DNA of 63,942 bases, filler included, from Octopus bimaculoides (taxonomy: Eukaryota), in the NCBI RefSeq assembly GCF_001194135.2. It is 7 parts of 6 records of this genome, joined end to end, with 100 filler letters (N's around TTAATTAATTAA, not from the genome) between each part and the next. Parts side by side here need not be neighbours in the genome. Positions count along the whole stretch, not along the records: positions 1 to 27,076 come from NC_068982.1; 6 more parts are not named here. One strand, given 5' to 3'. The translations under genes were made by a program, and so were the position numbers. Below, piece by piece: positions 11,091 to 26,035 of this stretch; position 1 is the stretch's first letter, and every line of letters begins with the position of its first letter. Under the pieces are notes generated by a model, which was not told the DNA's origin, did not search any database, and saw only the letters and a list, made by a program, of their open reading frames with translations.

Positions 11091-13547
11091 CTAAAATAAC
11101 TCGTCACTCACCTTTTGCTTAGCTTGATATTTTAAAAAATATATTTATATATTACCCTTTACATTACTTATACTACTTTTGTACACTTTTTCTTTAACAT
11201 TTCCTTTTGACAAATGCATGACCCACTATATATAGGGCTATCACTTTATCTATGTCTCTCTATACTTTTTTCCTCCACAAGTTTGGATATAAGAACTTAT
11301 ATCTTTCCTTAGTATGTAATATACCTATACTTTTTTGTATTTTATTTGTATACTGTGCCCTTGTACTCGCTTTCTTGTACTGCTCCCCCCTCTCAACATA
11401 CCTATTCTAACTATTACTTTTTTATATTATTAGTTACTATACCTTATAATTATGTATATTTTACTACTGGCATATGTACACATGTATGCACATGTACGAC
11501 TTTAAGGTGATCTACATGTCTACATCCATGTATATATATGATCTTATATGTACCTATGTGTGTAAACATATATATATATATATGTGATTATTTTTATATG
11601 TAGGTACATGTATATTAATATGAACATGTGTATCTCCATATATATGTATGTTCACACATATATATACAATTTATTGTGTGTGTGAATTTATATGTATATG
11701 TGTGTGCCCCTTTTTTTTCACATGTATGGGTATATTTGTAGAGTTGTTATATGTATACCTTAATCGTATATCTATCTGAATTACTGTATTTATATACTCA
11801 TGTAAATATGCCTCTACACACATATGACTAAGCATACACACACTCTTCTCCTTATTAGATTATCTTTCTTCTATATTATGTGTAAATATTTGTACACTTA
11901 TGTGTACCCTTCTATTCATAGTTTTTTCTTATATTTATACTGGCAAGACACCCTTACAACTCGAATACCATTATGACCATACTGCCATTCTGTATCCTTC
12001 TCACATAATACTAAGCTGGATTATTAACTCTGAAATAATCTTTTTTTATATATACTAAAATACACCTTCTGTATAACCAACACATCCCTATCCAAATTTT
12101 TATTTTCTTACTCATCTCTTTCTCCACTCATTTCTCTCCCCTATATTTACTTTGGTCTATCTAACTTCATTTTTAAATTTGCTTTTTCATTTTAGTAAAC
12201 ATTGCAAGTACATGCTGCTTTAATTGTAATGATAATTGTTTCTCTGTTTTTACCTATTGTTTCTCCTTTATTATTAATACATGTTACCTAATATGATTTT
12301 TTATGTAAACATGAGTTATTGATATACATCATCTCTCTTTAACTCATTCTCATTCCTCTATTTTTTGCCATCTATTTACTTTAATTATGTAGTATTAGCT
12401 TCTCATATACCACTTCCTCACGCTAAACTTCATTCTTCTGTATAGGTTTTTTTTAAATACATTATACTACTTACTGTTTTTAATGGTTAGTTTTAATTTT
12501 AATTTAAATTTGGTATTGTCTTCCCATTGGACATTCCTACTACTTGTTTGCCCTACGCTACATATATGGAGCTATAATTCTAATTTCCATACTCATCTAT
12601 AGAGAGAATGTTTCCAATATATCTTACTTATATCTTCAAATAACCATTGAAGCTGTTAGTTACGGTTCAATATCTGACATGACTCTCATCTCTTTCTCAC
12701 ACGGATACCAATATGACTCTCCTAGATCCAAATTTTACTTCTCTATTCCTTTTTAAGTTCCTTGTATTATGGTTTCTTTCCTTCCTACACTGACGAGTAT
12801 GTTGATATTTATTTAATTTAATACAATCATGAATTTGTATTATTATTATTATATCTCTGTACGAAATGATCATCTGCAAGAATTAAACTTGTTATAAATT
12901 TTAACAACTTGTTTCCTCCATTTTTAACAAGATTGATGGGATTTATGGAACTTCATTCCATACATTCATCATACATTATATACAAGTACTACTTTCATAT
13001 CTTCGCAAATTTATGCCTGTAAACTTCCAGCAAAGTATGAAGAATCAACATCAGAAATCTTTTTTGGAAACCTCCAATTAAAGGATGAATCTACATTCAA
13101 CCTTTATACACCTATATTCAATATATATATATATATGGCAATAAGGCATGTATTAGTTTGTTTAATAACTCATCATTATCATCATGTTTCAACAGTTTTA
13201 TGTTAGTTTTTACTGTACCACTGCATGCACCTTTACAGTGTATGTTGCATTGTTCTTTATTGCTATTGGTATTAATAAACAAAAAATTATAATAAATATA
13301 CACAAAGACGAGCAGTAGAATTAACCAAAATGTATTATAATAAAATAAATGCTTTTCAGTCTTTGGCTTGTTGCACCTGCTGTTTCTAAATTCAGTCAGT
13401 GTGTCACCCCTCCAATATCACTAAATAGCAGTAATATTTAGGATTTATTATTCATATGACCAAAGGAAGTGTTATTTTTATAGAAATGATTTAAACTTTT
13501 AGTGATATTTAATTGTAAATCAGTTTATTTTATAGTTTACCTTAAAA

Positions 13548-13773
13548 GTGGCCGTTGCCGGTACCGCCTGACTGGCCTTCATGCCGGTGGCATGTGAAAA
13601 AGAACCCACTACACTCTCTGAGTGGTTGGCGTTAGGAAGGGCATCCAGCTGTAGAAACTCTGCCAAATCAGATTGGAGCCTGGTGTAGCCATCTGGTTTC
13701 ACCAGTCCTCAGTCAAATCGTCCAACCCATGCTAGCATGGAAAGTGGACGTTAAACGACGATGATGATGATGA
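13548..13773 (+). mobile_element. 5'-truncated RTE 3' end with (GAT)n tail
   Basis: Reverse complement of 2074-2290; ends TTAAACGACGATGATGATGATGA. Confidence 0.85.
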
Positions 13774-16700
13774 AGTGAAAATATTTTTCTGATCTTATAT
13801 GAAAATGTCTGCTTTCACCTATCATCAATTTGCCCTTATCTCCTAAGAAGCCAACAGTTTCTTTAGTTTCACTCTTTCTATGACTTATCTCAACAATCAT
13901 CTCCATATTTGATTTGATTTTATGATCCAACTTTACTTATATGTTAGTTTTGTATTGACTCATATAGTGTCTGGAATTTTTAAAGTAGTAGGACAAAAGA
14001 CAACTATTTATTGTTTGGTTGGAAATTGAATTATTTATTGCAATAGTTTGTCTCTGACACTTGTTTAAAACCAATGTATTTGACATTACAATGAAAGTAT
14101 ATAACTAAATTATAACTCTTCTATATTAATTATAAATTAAAAAAAAAATCACTGAAGTGTGATAACATAGATTTAAAAATATGTAGCTTGCTTTGTTCAA
14201 ATTTTTGTAGCTTATTACTTCACTGAAGCAAACAATTATTTTTCTTTTCATTATTTTAGTATTTTTGTATATAATTTAAGATGAAGGAAAGCAAGTGAAA
14301 TGTACAAACTTTGCTTTCAACATTTGTTTTTTCCGTACTGGTTGGATTGTGCACACCTTTCTTACTATGTATTTCTAATTGTTTTATTCATTTATCATCT
14401 CTTTTTCTAGACATGGTATTCTGAGATCTGACCTTACTATTTCTTACAAGCTACATTTATACTTTTTCACTCCGCAATCATCTCTCCTATGTATTTCAGT
14501 GGATGCCTTGCATGTGAACCATTCCCTGTTTTGTCTTTTCTACAAGTTAACATTATGAATATCATCCTCACCTCAGTTCTTTCAAACTTCTTTCAACCTT
14601 CCACATTTAATACCCATATCTCATTACCATTCATAATAATTCTTGCAAATTCTAGTGTCAAATTGTTAATTACAAATAATAATTTATCTGAGAAGGTAAT
14701 GAGCCTGTTTCATGACTGCTCCTACTGCAAACTATTCCTATGAATCAGTAACATCTGAAATTCTAGTTACTCATCAGTTTACTAGAGATTCCACTCTACA
14801 TTTTGTTTTCCCATTTATAAAAAGTATAATTCCTACCTATCTTACATATTGAGCAGAGCTCTCTGATTTCATGCTATTCCAAAATATCCTTCAAATTTCA
14901 TGCTCTCTTTTACAAAATGATATTCTAAATATCTTAATAAATTTTTATGCATTGCTAAAATGTGTGTGTCTGTGTGCGTGCATGTGTACATGCATGTGTT
15001 TGTGAGAGAGAGATGTATATATGAAATAAGAATTAATTTTGAAAGGTAAAATTTGTAGTTTTACCAAAAGTTATTTAAAATTAATGGTCATTAATTCATA
15101 AATAAGATAATGTTTTTACATTTAAATCTTGAAAAGAATACAAAAATTTTCCCATATTTACAATTAAAGTTTACTAAAAGTTACAGATGAGTATTCAGTG
15201 TTTCTGTTAATAGTGTTATTTTAATGTCCCTAAAGCAACATGTTTCCGATAATCATTGATACTAGTAATGTTATGTATTTACTATATGATTTTTAAATTT
15301 GTATTTGCTTGAAGCATTGCAATGTGTGTAAATGATGTAAATTTTCAAAAAGCTTTTGGGCAGCACAGGTAGGAAGTTAGGTAAAGTACGTAAGTTGATG
15401 TTATTAATGAAAATATAGGTTGTTTAATGATCCTATAATATTTTGGGAATGATAGAAGAAAGAAAATAATTTGAGTTTGAAGAAATGTGTTGCTAACAGC
15501 AGGTTATTCTAGAGAATTGTGAGTCACAATTTTCTTTCTATTAGAAAAAGGGCTATCTCACCTAAAATTAAACAAAGTATGTAATGTAACACAATATATT
15601 TTCTCTGTTTTTTTTTAATGACACCAAATTACATAATATACCTAAATTCCTACATGTGGTGCTCAAAGTTTTTTTCAAACATTTATGTCATTTATATGTG
15701 ATTTATATGTCTCCAAAATGTCACCATTCTTCCTCCAGATCAAAGAGTGTTGGGTTTCTCTGTAACCTTTCAAGTAATAGGTATGTTATTACATATTGTC
15801 ATTACTTTTGTTACTCTCTCCCCTTTCTTTTTTTCTTCTTAGAATTGTGCATGCTTTATAATTCCATAAAAATACCTCTTAAACTATCAGGCTTCTTTTT
15901 CACCACCCATAAATTTTGCCACTGAAAAGAGAAGACTGACTGAAATTTGTTTGTGATTTTTTTTTTTTAACATAAAAATTTTTTTCTGTAACCAGCAAAA
16001 ACACGCATACTCTCTCTCTCTCTCTCTCTCTATCTCTTTCTCTCTTTCTCTCTCTCTCTCAATCTTTCTCTCTCTCAGTCATTTGTCATCAATATGTTAT
16101 GTTGGACTATCTTGATTTAAAACAAAGTAACTCATTTATATTCCATTTAACAATAATTTGTTTAAAATACATCTTGGTAGCTAAAATCTCAAGTCATATG
16201 TATTTTTTTCACATTGATTTCTCTTTTAAAATGATAGCCGATATTGAGTAGAGGTAAATTTCTAGTAAGCTGATTTTTATTTGGATTCCTATATATTATT
16301 AATATAAGCAAATGAAAACATTATGCAGGAAGAAGTCTAAATTTGTGTGGTCATATGACATAATGACCATCATTACTTTATCCATTTTAGTTACTGCCCC
16401 TTTTTTGTGACTTGCTCTGGAGGTAGAAACTATGTATTTGACCAGAGATATTAGTATGGTACTTTTGAAACAACTGCAACTTGTTGACTGCTGGGAAAAC
16501 ATAAGCAGGAAGAGAATTCAAAAAGGGTATTGTTCTTTGAAGGAAGAACTGAGTAGAAATGCTTTAGTGTGGGATCTAAGACTGAATACAAATGGGTGAT
16601 GAGAGGTGAATGATATGAGTAGGTCTTTGTAGAGTTGACATGGAGTTAGCCATCTCTGATGACCAGAGTTTGCTGTAGTAGTTGCAGAAGTAGAGAGGAG

Positions 16701-17429
16701 GCTGTATGTCTAAGCAAGAAGTTGAAGTTTTTGGTGAATTTTAATTTCTCATTTCTTCTTTTCTAGAAATAATCATTGGCTGTAGTCTACCAAATTTGTT
16801 TATAAAGAGTAGATTAAAACAATATATAAAAACAGAAATCTTTAGCAGTGCTCCAACTTCTCAATGGCTTGCTGTTGCAAGTCTTGGTTAAAGGGTGATT
16901 AGAAATCTAGAGTAATGTTTAGAAAACCGGTTTTGATATGTCTTTTTGATCATATGACCAGATAGTAAAAATTGAACCTAGTACTGAAATATCATCTTGC
17001 ATTGTGCACCTTCATGCCTTACAATGAAGGACCAAATTTCCTATGGCACTATTTATAGGTAGGCCACTAAGATTTAAGTATATTTGCTTTGTTAGTGTTG
17101 ATCTTCTAACAGTTTGCTTTCGCTTGGTATAATTTGTATCACATTGCCTTTGATAACATCAAATGATTAAGAAGTTTTAGAAATAAGAACTATCAAAAAT
17201 AAATTTACAATCAGTTATTTAAGAATTAATAATAGTTATTGTCATAAAGTAATTTTAAGCACCCACTTGGACATGTAGGTATATACTTGCATGAATGTAC
17301 ATGTGTTACTACTATTTTCACACTCTGATTTTAAATGTACGAAAGGCCTGATACACACAGGCTAGTTGTTAGTCTGTTGACTTGATGATGACCACTTAGG
17401 TCATTAATGAGCAAAAAATTTAGTGGGGT

Positions 17430-18560
17430 GAGCTCAGTTCACACCAGTTGTCTAGCTTGCCTCTGTTGCTTAGTTGCAGCGATCTTGTTGGCCTTATATA
17501 ATTTTAAGTTTTTTCACACAGTTATTTAATCTAGTCTGAAATGTCAGGTTTTATGAGAAATAGTTACAAGGGTCCTTTAAGTGTGTCTTTAATTTGCTTT
17601 TCTGACCTCCTCACAACAGTTTTCAGCAGCTGCTACTCTGCGCATCATAGATAGTTTTGCACCAATATGGTGTTCCTTCTGAGCAGACTTGTTTGGGAAC
17701 TATCTCAGAGCCTGGAATCTTCTCCTGCTAGTTTTATAATGCAGGTTGTGATGGAAATGTCTAACTTGTTTAGAAATGTGTTGCTATTGGGTTCATGTTT
17801 TTCCAGCATAGAGCAGGAAGGACTCTGTCAACAGGTTGGTGTTTGTCATATTGCAGTGTTGTTGATTAGTCTACCAAAAGTCACATTAACACTTGTGAAT
17901 TTCATGCTAATCTCTTTATCTATGGTAGCACTTTTTACCTGTGTACTGCCAAGATAGGTAAACTTGTTCACAATATTGTCTCTGATAGTTGATTGTCATG
18001 TTGGGGTTCAATAAAAGATTTCTCCAGGGCCAGCTAATGCATTAATTTAGTTTTCTTTGTACTAATGGTAAAACAAGTTTTTACAGATAGTAGAAAACTT
18101 GTCAACATTTTGTTGCATTCTAGTTTCTGAACCAACAATAAGAATACTGACTTTCAAACATATCACAAGAGGTGTTGTCAATGCCCGCTCTTTCATTCAG
18201 TTGATCTAGCAATAATGAAGTTTCTGTTAGAATCTGGCCTTCACTGTATCTGAAGTTGCTGTGGTTGGGGTATAGCCCCTGATAATGACAAGTTTTTATA
18301 CTGAAAATTATAAAGGAAGTTTTATGATTGCGCACCTCTTGTTCATTGTACTAGGAAACTCTACCAACCAATAATAAGGGTTTCTTTTACTGCAAAGTGA
18401 ATACAATCTCTTTATTTGTTGCTCTTTATATTGTCTAACACTTAAAAAGTTATATCTAGAGTTCTTTTATCATAGCATAAATTCTTCTGCAAATTAAAAC
18501 ACTTTGAATGCTGAAATGTCAATGTTGTGTGATATTGCCCTACCAGAGATGTTTTCATTC
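17430..18560 (-). mobile_element. Degenerate RTE/BovB-like LINE ORF2 (RT C-terminal part)
   Basis: The minus strand gives VNKFTYLGSTQVKSATIDKEI and FGRL / LLY.. motifs typical of RTE-clade ORF2; many disablements. Confidence 0.65.
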
Positions 18561-18627
18561 TAATATTTATCTGTGCATCGTATGCAAACATTTCTGCCAA
18601 GAATGAGTGGAATAATTTATGTTATAG

Positions 18628-18661
18628 TCTCTCTCTCTCTCTCTCTCTATCTCTGTCTCTC

Positions 18662-18728
<67 letters not shown>

Positions 18729-18773
18729 ATCTGTCTCTGTCTGTCTCTCTCTCTCTCTCTATCTCTCTCTCTT

Positions 18774-18825
<52 letters not shown>
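18628..18825. repeat. (CT)n/(CTGT)n microsatellite
   Basis: Directly visible. Confidence 0.95.
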
Positions 18826-18828
<3 letters not shown>

Positions 18829-19199
18829 TGCTTGCTTGGGAAGAACGGCAACACCCTCAAACCTTTCTACGGTCTCTCAGATTGAGGAGTGGAAGGGAAG
18901 AAGTTTTCACTAGGCCAGATCTCTTGTCTGAATGCTTGCAACAGAGATGACTCTACTAAACGTGCACAAGGTCATTGGGCAGTGCTAGACCGAACAACAG
19001 ATTAAGTCTACCACTCAGTTGTTAAAGATGGTATCTTCAGAGAACCCCTATTTAGAACATCTGTATGTCAGCAAATGAGAAAAGCTCTGGTGTACCCAAA
19101 CTTACTGCCCCTTGCTTGCTCACCTTTCACCACATGATTAAACGACTAAATAATGAAAAGGGTTGGGTTAGATTTTTAAATAATCCCATCAGAGTAAGG

Positions 19200-20060
19200 A
19201 AAGATATTACCTATGACCTTCAAGGTCTTTTCAGACTAACAAGATTGATGCAGTTAATGTTCAGGTTAAACTTTTGTAACTTAATTTTTACAGGAAAAAT
19301 GTTGTCAGATAGTTGTACATCTAAAGACAAAGAGAGGCAAACACATCAGTGAGCTAATGATTGTAGTGTTTTTGCAAAGGAATTTTTACCAATCAATTCA
19401 GTAGCCTTATCTTAGATGTGAGGAGTACTCTAGAGTGGATCTTACTTGAGATTTATAGGCCAGCAACTTGTTGGAGATTGATGTATTTCCTACTTCTAAA
19501 GAGGAATATAGTTTTGGGACCAAAACTTTATCAAAGATTTTGAAGCCTAGCATTTTTAATGATTTTGAAAATTTTAGTTGTCTGTCTATACATAGAGGTA
19601 CTGAAGCTCAAGACTGTTTCCTTAATTGTGTCGTGCAATTGAAAGAGACTGGCTGGTCATATCTAGGTCAATGCTCACAGAGAAAGTTCATATCTGTATG
19701 TAGCAGGAAGAGTTTAGATTGTATGTTGATAACACCTGTTTATGGAGTGGTTTCATTTCTATAGAAATATGCATTGTTAAAAGGTGCAGCAAGCAGGTTG
19801 TTAATGTTTAAATAGAAGAATATAGAAACATTACCAAACCTTTGAGTACATCAGTATTGTGTGGGTTGGAGAGAAACTGTCATTGTATTAGTTCAGTCTA
19901 ATAGCAAGCTTCCAATTTGAGAAATACAATGAATGTACACTACAGGTAGACAACTTACCAAGAATTTTGTTGTGCTAAATACAGCTCAGGTCTTTCCTGA
20001 TACCTGGTACTTCCACATTGCTTTTGCTGAAGTTTCCTGGAATTAAAAGCCACTGATGAG
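19200..20060 (-). mobile_element. Degenerate CR1/Jockey-type reverse transcriptase remnant
   Basis: The minus strand shows YKSQVRSTLEYSSH and eroded AF..VW / VPQG-like motifs in the expected order. Confidence 0.55.
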
Positions 20061-21244
20061 TGACATGTATCAGTAAGTTTTAAGTAGATCTGGCTCTGTA
20101 AATAGATGGCAATAAATTATATAAGAGTATCGGAAGACACCCATTGATAAGAAGGAGATGTAACAATGATAGGATCTGTTTGTGAATCAGAGAATTGTTT
20201 TACAAGCCTCTTTCTATTATAGCATGGAGTTATGGTTCTTATGAATATATATATATTTGTTACTATCAGAATAATTTATTTACAGTTAGTTGACCTTCAC
20301 ACTGCAGACACTTGATTAAATGGAAATAGAAACTCTTATTATCTACCCCAAATAGAGTTCTGTCCTTTGTCTCAATAAATTGAAATGTGGAGAACCTTCA
20401 GTTTGAAAGAAATACTGAAGGTATCATATAGAGAAAAATGGAAGTGGTTCATGCATCCATAGTTTAGAAGGTATTAAAAGCTATGTTGTTCTAAGAATAA
20501 ATGTTGTGGGAGATATTTCAAATAAAGTAAATGCAATTTTAAATGTTTATATTTTTAATTGTATTCTACTTTAGTCAATATAGCCTTTCATCTCTATTGA
20601 GTTAAAATTACTGTTAGTTAATTACAAAGGTTGCTCTTCAAAATTTTTCTGTATCTCTTTGAAAAAAATTAATTATAGATGTTATTCTTGAAATAAAGCT
20701 TTTCCTCTTGAGTTTCAATTCTACATTGAATTCTACATTTCAGCTTCATAAATCTTGCCCTGTAATTCTTCTATACAATTATACTTTAACTTAAAAGTCA
20801 TTTCAAAATTCTATACGAATTGCCTAGGGATTCCAGCAGATGATATATTTCCCATCTGCAGGCCCATATTTTATAGTGTGTGAGAAGGCAGATATCAATT
20901 AGTCTATGAAAAGAAAATGTAATTAATAAAATGTACAAGAAGCTAATAAAATTATCAGGGAAAGCAGGAAATATAATGCAAATATATCAGCATTGATTAC
21001 TTGGGTATAAGTGATAGATATGTGTTATAGCTGAAATTTTAAAATTAGAATCGTTTATTCAGTATTGCAGGTAAAGCAGTCTTCCTGTTTTCTGTCATAT
21101 GATGATTTCATGGTATATTTTTCTATCCCTCCTACACTTGAGGAAGGAATCTGATGAGATTCATACTATTCATATTTAAATGGAATATTTAAAAGTCAAT
21201 AGTTCACAGGAAATGATAGAAAGGGAATTCTAGGCATTAGTCAG

Positions 21245-21555
21245 TCCAGGGCTATAGTACAAGACACTTGCCCACGATGCCACATAGTCAGACTGAACCC
21301 AAGCCATGTGCTTTCTACAAAGTCATGCACATGCCTATATGTGTGTGTCTTTGTGTTTCTTTAGTGCTTGTCCTCTCCCCCACAACTAGTGTTGGTTTGT
21401 TTATAGCCCCTTGGTTTAGTAATTCAGCAAAAGTGGCTGATAGAATATGTACAGACTTGAAAATAGGTACTAGGGTTGATTTTCTCGACTAAACCCTAAA
21501 AGGCAGTGCCCTGGAATATCCACAATCCAATGACTGAAAGAAGTAAAAGTTAAAA
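21245..21555. mobile_element. Two SINE fragments: head on the - strand (21245-21340), tail on the + strand (21370-21555)
   Basis: Match the head (55480-55590) and tail (55160-55340) of the SINE at 55160-55592. Confidence 0.6.
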
Positions 21556-22866
21556 AACATTATTTATAAATATAAACATTTATATATACTGGCAGGACCC
21601 ATAGAAATTCCACAATGTAAGTCAGCGCATTTGAAAACATTATGTTAGTATATTAAATACAAGCAAGGAGTTTCAAAAAATTCTTTCGGTGTTGCTTATT
21701 TACCTCTTTGTAATACACTTGACAGATATGTGCTTTATAGTTTAAGGAAATAAAAGATGAATTAAAAAGATGAAACTTATTCATATATATTAAATGTTTA
21801 TTTTTTTACAATTTTGTTAAATGTCAGTTCCAATGCATTATTTATTGTCAGAGTAGGACAGCCTTACAAGGAACTGAACTCTTTCTGAAATGAAATGAAA
21901 GTTGGGGTCATTTCGTGCAAAGTATTAGGAAGCACATTCCTTCTTACGGCACCTGTTATTGAAGTGGATCCTACATGTAGTACATGTTGATTTTTTTAAG
22001 AATAATCCTTTTCATTCTTTCGCTTTTTAGCTAATATCATCAATCATTGTTCAACACTTTATAATGAATTAAGCTTTAAGTGAGGAAATTTTAAAAACTG
22101 AAAATATAGAAACAAAGTTCACTATTTACCGTCCAACTCCCAACAAGATTCAGTCCTAGTTATTTGCCAGTATAGAATATTTTCATTTCTTTTCATTTCA
22201 CTTCAGTTCTGCAATCTATCTATTTGTTTATCCATTAATATATCACTATTTGCATAACTTTTGATATATTGGTAGGCCTACCTACCTACCTACCTACCTG
22301 CCTTTCTGCCTGCCTGCCCACCTCTGTCTTAGTAATTATCATATCTATTTTCCCTTCTGCCAATGTGTGTATCTGTTTACTTTCATAATACCGATAAACA
22401 TTTAAACCTAATCACAAAATTAAATGAATAACAGCATTGCCCCAGCATGACCATGTCTGGAACATGTAAAAGATAAAAGTGTAACTTCCATAGCTATTTG
22501 CTAAGTTTATTTCACTTTAATTTAATTTATTGATATGTCTTTTAAAGCGTAAATATGTAGATCTTCATGACATTGTTTCACTATGTTTGAACATTTTGAT
22601 CACACCTCCATTTTTTATAAACAAATGCGGAATAATATAGACCTTCTACCTCCCCTTCACTCTCCCTATATAGACCTTCTCTCGCCCACTCTCATATTTT
22701 TTCACTGATTCAAATTTTCTCTCTTCGTTTTCTTTTCCTTTGTTGCTCTTTCTTTTCTCCTCATCCTCTCTCTTTCTATATAAGCATTTTGTCCATTCAA
22801 GTTATAACTTCCCTTGATGATGTAAATGTAATACACGGAAAAGACAGACAAGAACAAGCAGAATGA

Positions 22867-22872
<6 letters not shown>

Positions 22873-22949
<77 letters not shown>
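22873..22949. repeat. (AC)n microsatellite
   Basis: Perfect dinucleotide run. Confidence 0.98.
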
Positions 22950-22953
<4 letters not shown>

Positions 22954-23924
22954 TTCACACACACATATATAGGGGAGTATTGCAATTCACTTGAAGCATT
23001 GTGTATTGTTTGTAAACAGTAATAGCAAATAGTAATAATGTGTTTTGAATGGCACAACAATGCTGTTTTGAATAGCATTGTTGTGCTATTCAAAACATAT
23101 TATTACTATTTATTATTATTGTTTATATGACAACACACACACACACACACATATATAAAAATACAAGAATGCAAAACATCCAGACAGACGATACAAAGAA
23201 AACAAGGATGGGTCATTCGGAGTTTTCTATCCTCAGTCGAGTTCCAGATTATCTTTGCAATTTCGGCTGGTTATACTCGAGATTGCTCCAATCTGGCCAG
23301 ACACACAAACGCACACACACGCACATATATAGATATATATACACACACATATATATGTATATATACTGGTTCTGGTTTCGTTGTGGAAAGATGTGCTTTT
23401 CGTGCTCCTGAAACAACCAAGAGGGAATTCCTAAATCAATGAAGAACCTACTAAAACTGACAAAAAAATGTAGTACTTGTTATTTCATAATGGTCCACTA
23501 TAATATATCGGTAAAAAAATGTAATATATTACACTAAAAGTTTAATATACTACATTAAAGTCAGTGACACAAGCCAGAGTTATCCTCGAAAAAAGCACAT
23601 GGTGATACATGGATTGGAATTTTACCTCTTGGGAATAAGTATCCTACTCATTTTGTTTATTTTCTTTTATCTTTGGTAATACTGGATGAAAATTTGAGTT
23701 AAGACATTGCTTGTTTACATTCTGAGAATTTATGGTAGTGAATTCGTTATGAAACTTTTTCTCTCTATCACTATAGTTTTTCATTCAACTTTTTTTTACA
23801 GCGACCTCTTCGTTTTACATTCTATTTGAAAAATTTATGGTAGCAAATTCCATACGAAACTCCTTTCTTTTCACTATCGTTTTTTTCACTCCATCTTTTT
23901 TTACAGTGCCCATCTAGATTTATA

Positions 23925-24510
23925 CCTTTTGTTTTTCTCTTTCCTTCATATCTTCGTTACCTGCTCCTCCTCTCTCTTTCATGCCTACATCTTCCTCTCT
24001 CTTCTCTCCTCCTCTTACATATCTTCCTCCCTTTTCTGCTTCTCTCTCCTTCCCTTTATCTCTCCCTACCTTTCTCCCTCTCGCTTCCATATCTTCCTCT
24101 TTTACTCATCTCTCCCTCTCTTTCATATCTTCCTCCTTTTCTCACTTCTCTTTCCCCTCCTTTGTCTCTCTCTATATCTACCTCTCCCCTGTCACCTCAC
24201 CCTCTTCCTTATATACTTCTCATTTCCCCCTCTTCTCACTCTGCTTCTCCCTTTCTCTCACATTCTCCATTCTCTCACATTCTCCATTCTCTCCTCTCTT
24301 CCTCACTGTCTCTCTTTCTCTTCCCCTCTTCTCCCTCACTCTGACTCTCTCTTCCCCTCCTCTCCCCCTTCTGTTTCACTATCACCCCAGACCCCCTTTC
24401 TCTTCATATCACCCTCTCTCTTTCCTTCATATCTTCCTTTCTCTTTTGCTGCCCCCCCTTCTGTCTTCTTCTCTACCTCTCTCACTCCCTCTCTATCCTT
24501 TCCTCCCCCA
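23925..24510. repeat. Polypyrimidine (CT-rich) low-complexity tract
   Basis: About 580 bp of almost pure C/T; the ORFs here are compositional artefacts. Confidence 0.9.
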
Positions 24511-24559
24511 CTGGGCTTAGAAAATGAAGATGGAACTAAAGTGGGAGAACAAAGAATTG

Positions 24560-26035
24560 AATCTTCTGTTGCGAGCATGGACTGTTGCTAGCAGTGATCC
24601 GCCAAACAACATCATCATTGCTGCACTGAAGAACAATGCCTTCTGTAGAACCATCAATCAGACAGAGTGGAAGAAAAAGGAATTCATCTGATCCTATACC
24701 CTTATCAGACCACACATTGACACTCTTGATGTCATCGTAAAAAACTACTGTGGCAAGGCTAATAAGGATAGAGAAAACAAAACAAAAACCAGGAGTCTCT
24801 TTGATCCAGTGGTTCCTCTAAAGAATGGATCCCCCACCCCTGTGAATGACCAGGCTGATAAGGATGGGGAAGCCAAGGAAGCAGCCACAAGAAGCCCCTC
24901 TGTATAAAGGAATGGAGTCCTCACCCTATTCGACAACCAGAGGAATGCAAATTCTACCACAAGAAAAGAAAGGAAAGAACACGAGCACAAACATAAAGAA
25001 GGAAGGGCAGAAAAAGGAAAAGGAAAACATGAAATAACTAAAACTGAAACCCCAAACCACCAAACAAAAAACAGATAACTCGAATATGCAATGACTCATT
25101 GCAAACAAGCACAGATGGAGTCCCTGTTCAACCTCACCAATGCCCTATTCATGGAACAAGTTGTACTCAGACCAACTAGAGTGAATAACATTTTGGATCT
25201 CTGCTTCACAAGCAATAAGGACATCATTCATGATGTGAAAGTGACACCGACATTAGTCTCGGATCACAACATAATAGAGCTGTCTGTGTATTGGCCAGAG
25301 ACATACAGATGAAGGAAGCATCCATAATCTCTCCAATCTGAACTTCCACAAAGCAGACTGGAAATCAATCTAAAAAGAGATCCTCAAACAAGACTGGCCG
25401 AAACGTCTCTCTACACCAGCCATTGGCATGAAACTAGAATATTTCATGTCTGTTATGCAAACCATATGCCAGAAATATGTCCCAGAGCACAAGGCCAACA
25501 CAAAAGGAACAAGATTCCAAGGGACGGGAAGATCTTCATGAGATGATGGACGAAGGTTGCAAATCACTTCAACCAACATTCCAAAAGTAGCAAAAGGTCC
25601 CACCTAAAGACAACACTGTTGGAGATTTCAAAAAGCCTGCAACTGTCCTATGTGAAGGAAAGAGGGGACAAAGAAGCCTGGGTTATAAAAAACATTAAGA
25701 CCTACCTCTCTAACTTAACAAATCAGCAAAGTCATGGAATGGATAGTCAGAGGAAAACTAATCACATTCCTCCTTGAAGAAAATAACTTGCTGAGTGATA
25801 CCCAGCATGGCTTTCGACCAGGTAGGAGCTGCCTGACCCAGCTCTTACGACATTATGACTGGGTGTTGAGGCAGTTACTCAACAACTCAAATGTGGACAT
25901 AATATACCTTGATTTTGCAAAAGCTTTTGACAAAGTGGATCATGGTGTGATATGCCACAAACTGCGTGATCTTGGCATAGCTGGAAAACTTGGAGAGTGA
26001 TTACATGACTTTCTGAAAAATAGAAGTCAGGCAGT
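24560..26035 (+). mobile_element. CR1-clade LINE remnant (endonuclease C-terminus plus RT N-terminus), internally deleted
   Basis: EQVVLRPTRVNNILDLCFTS...SDHNII (APE domain) and QHGFRPGRSCLTQLL...DIIYLDFAKAFDKVDHG (RT). Confidence 0.92.

Noticed and set aside
23929-24591. 220-aa Ser/Leu/Pro/Phe-rich ORF
   Set aside because: Artefact of a polypyrimidine tract that lacks stop codons.
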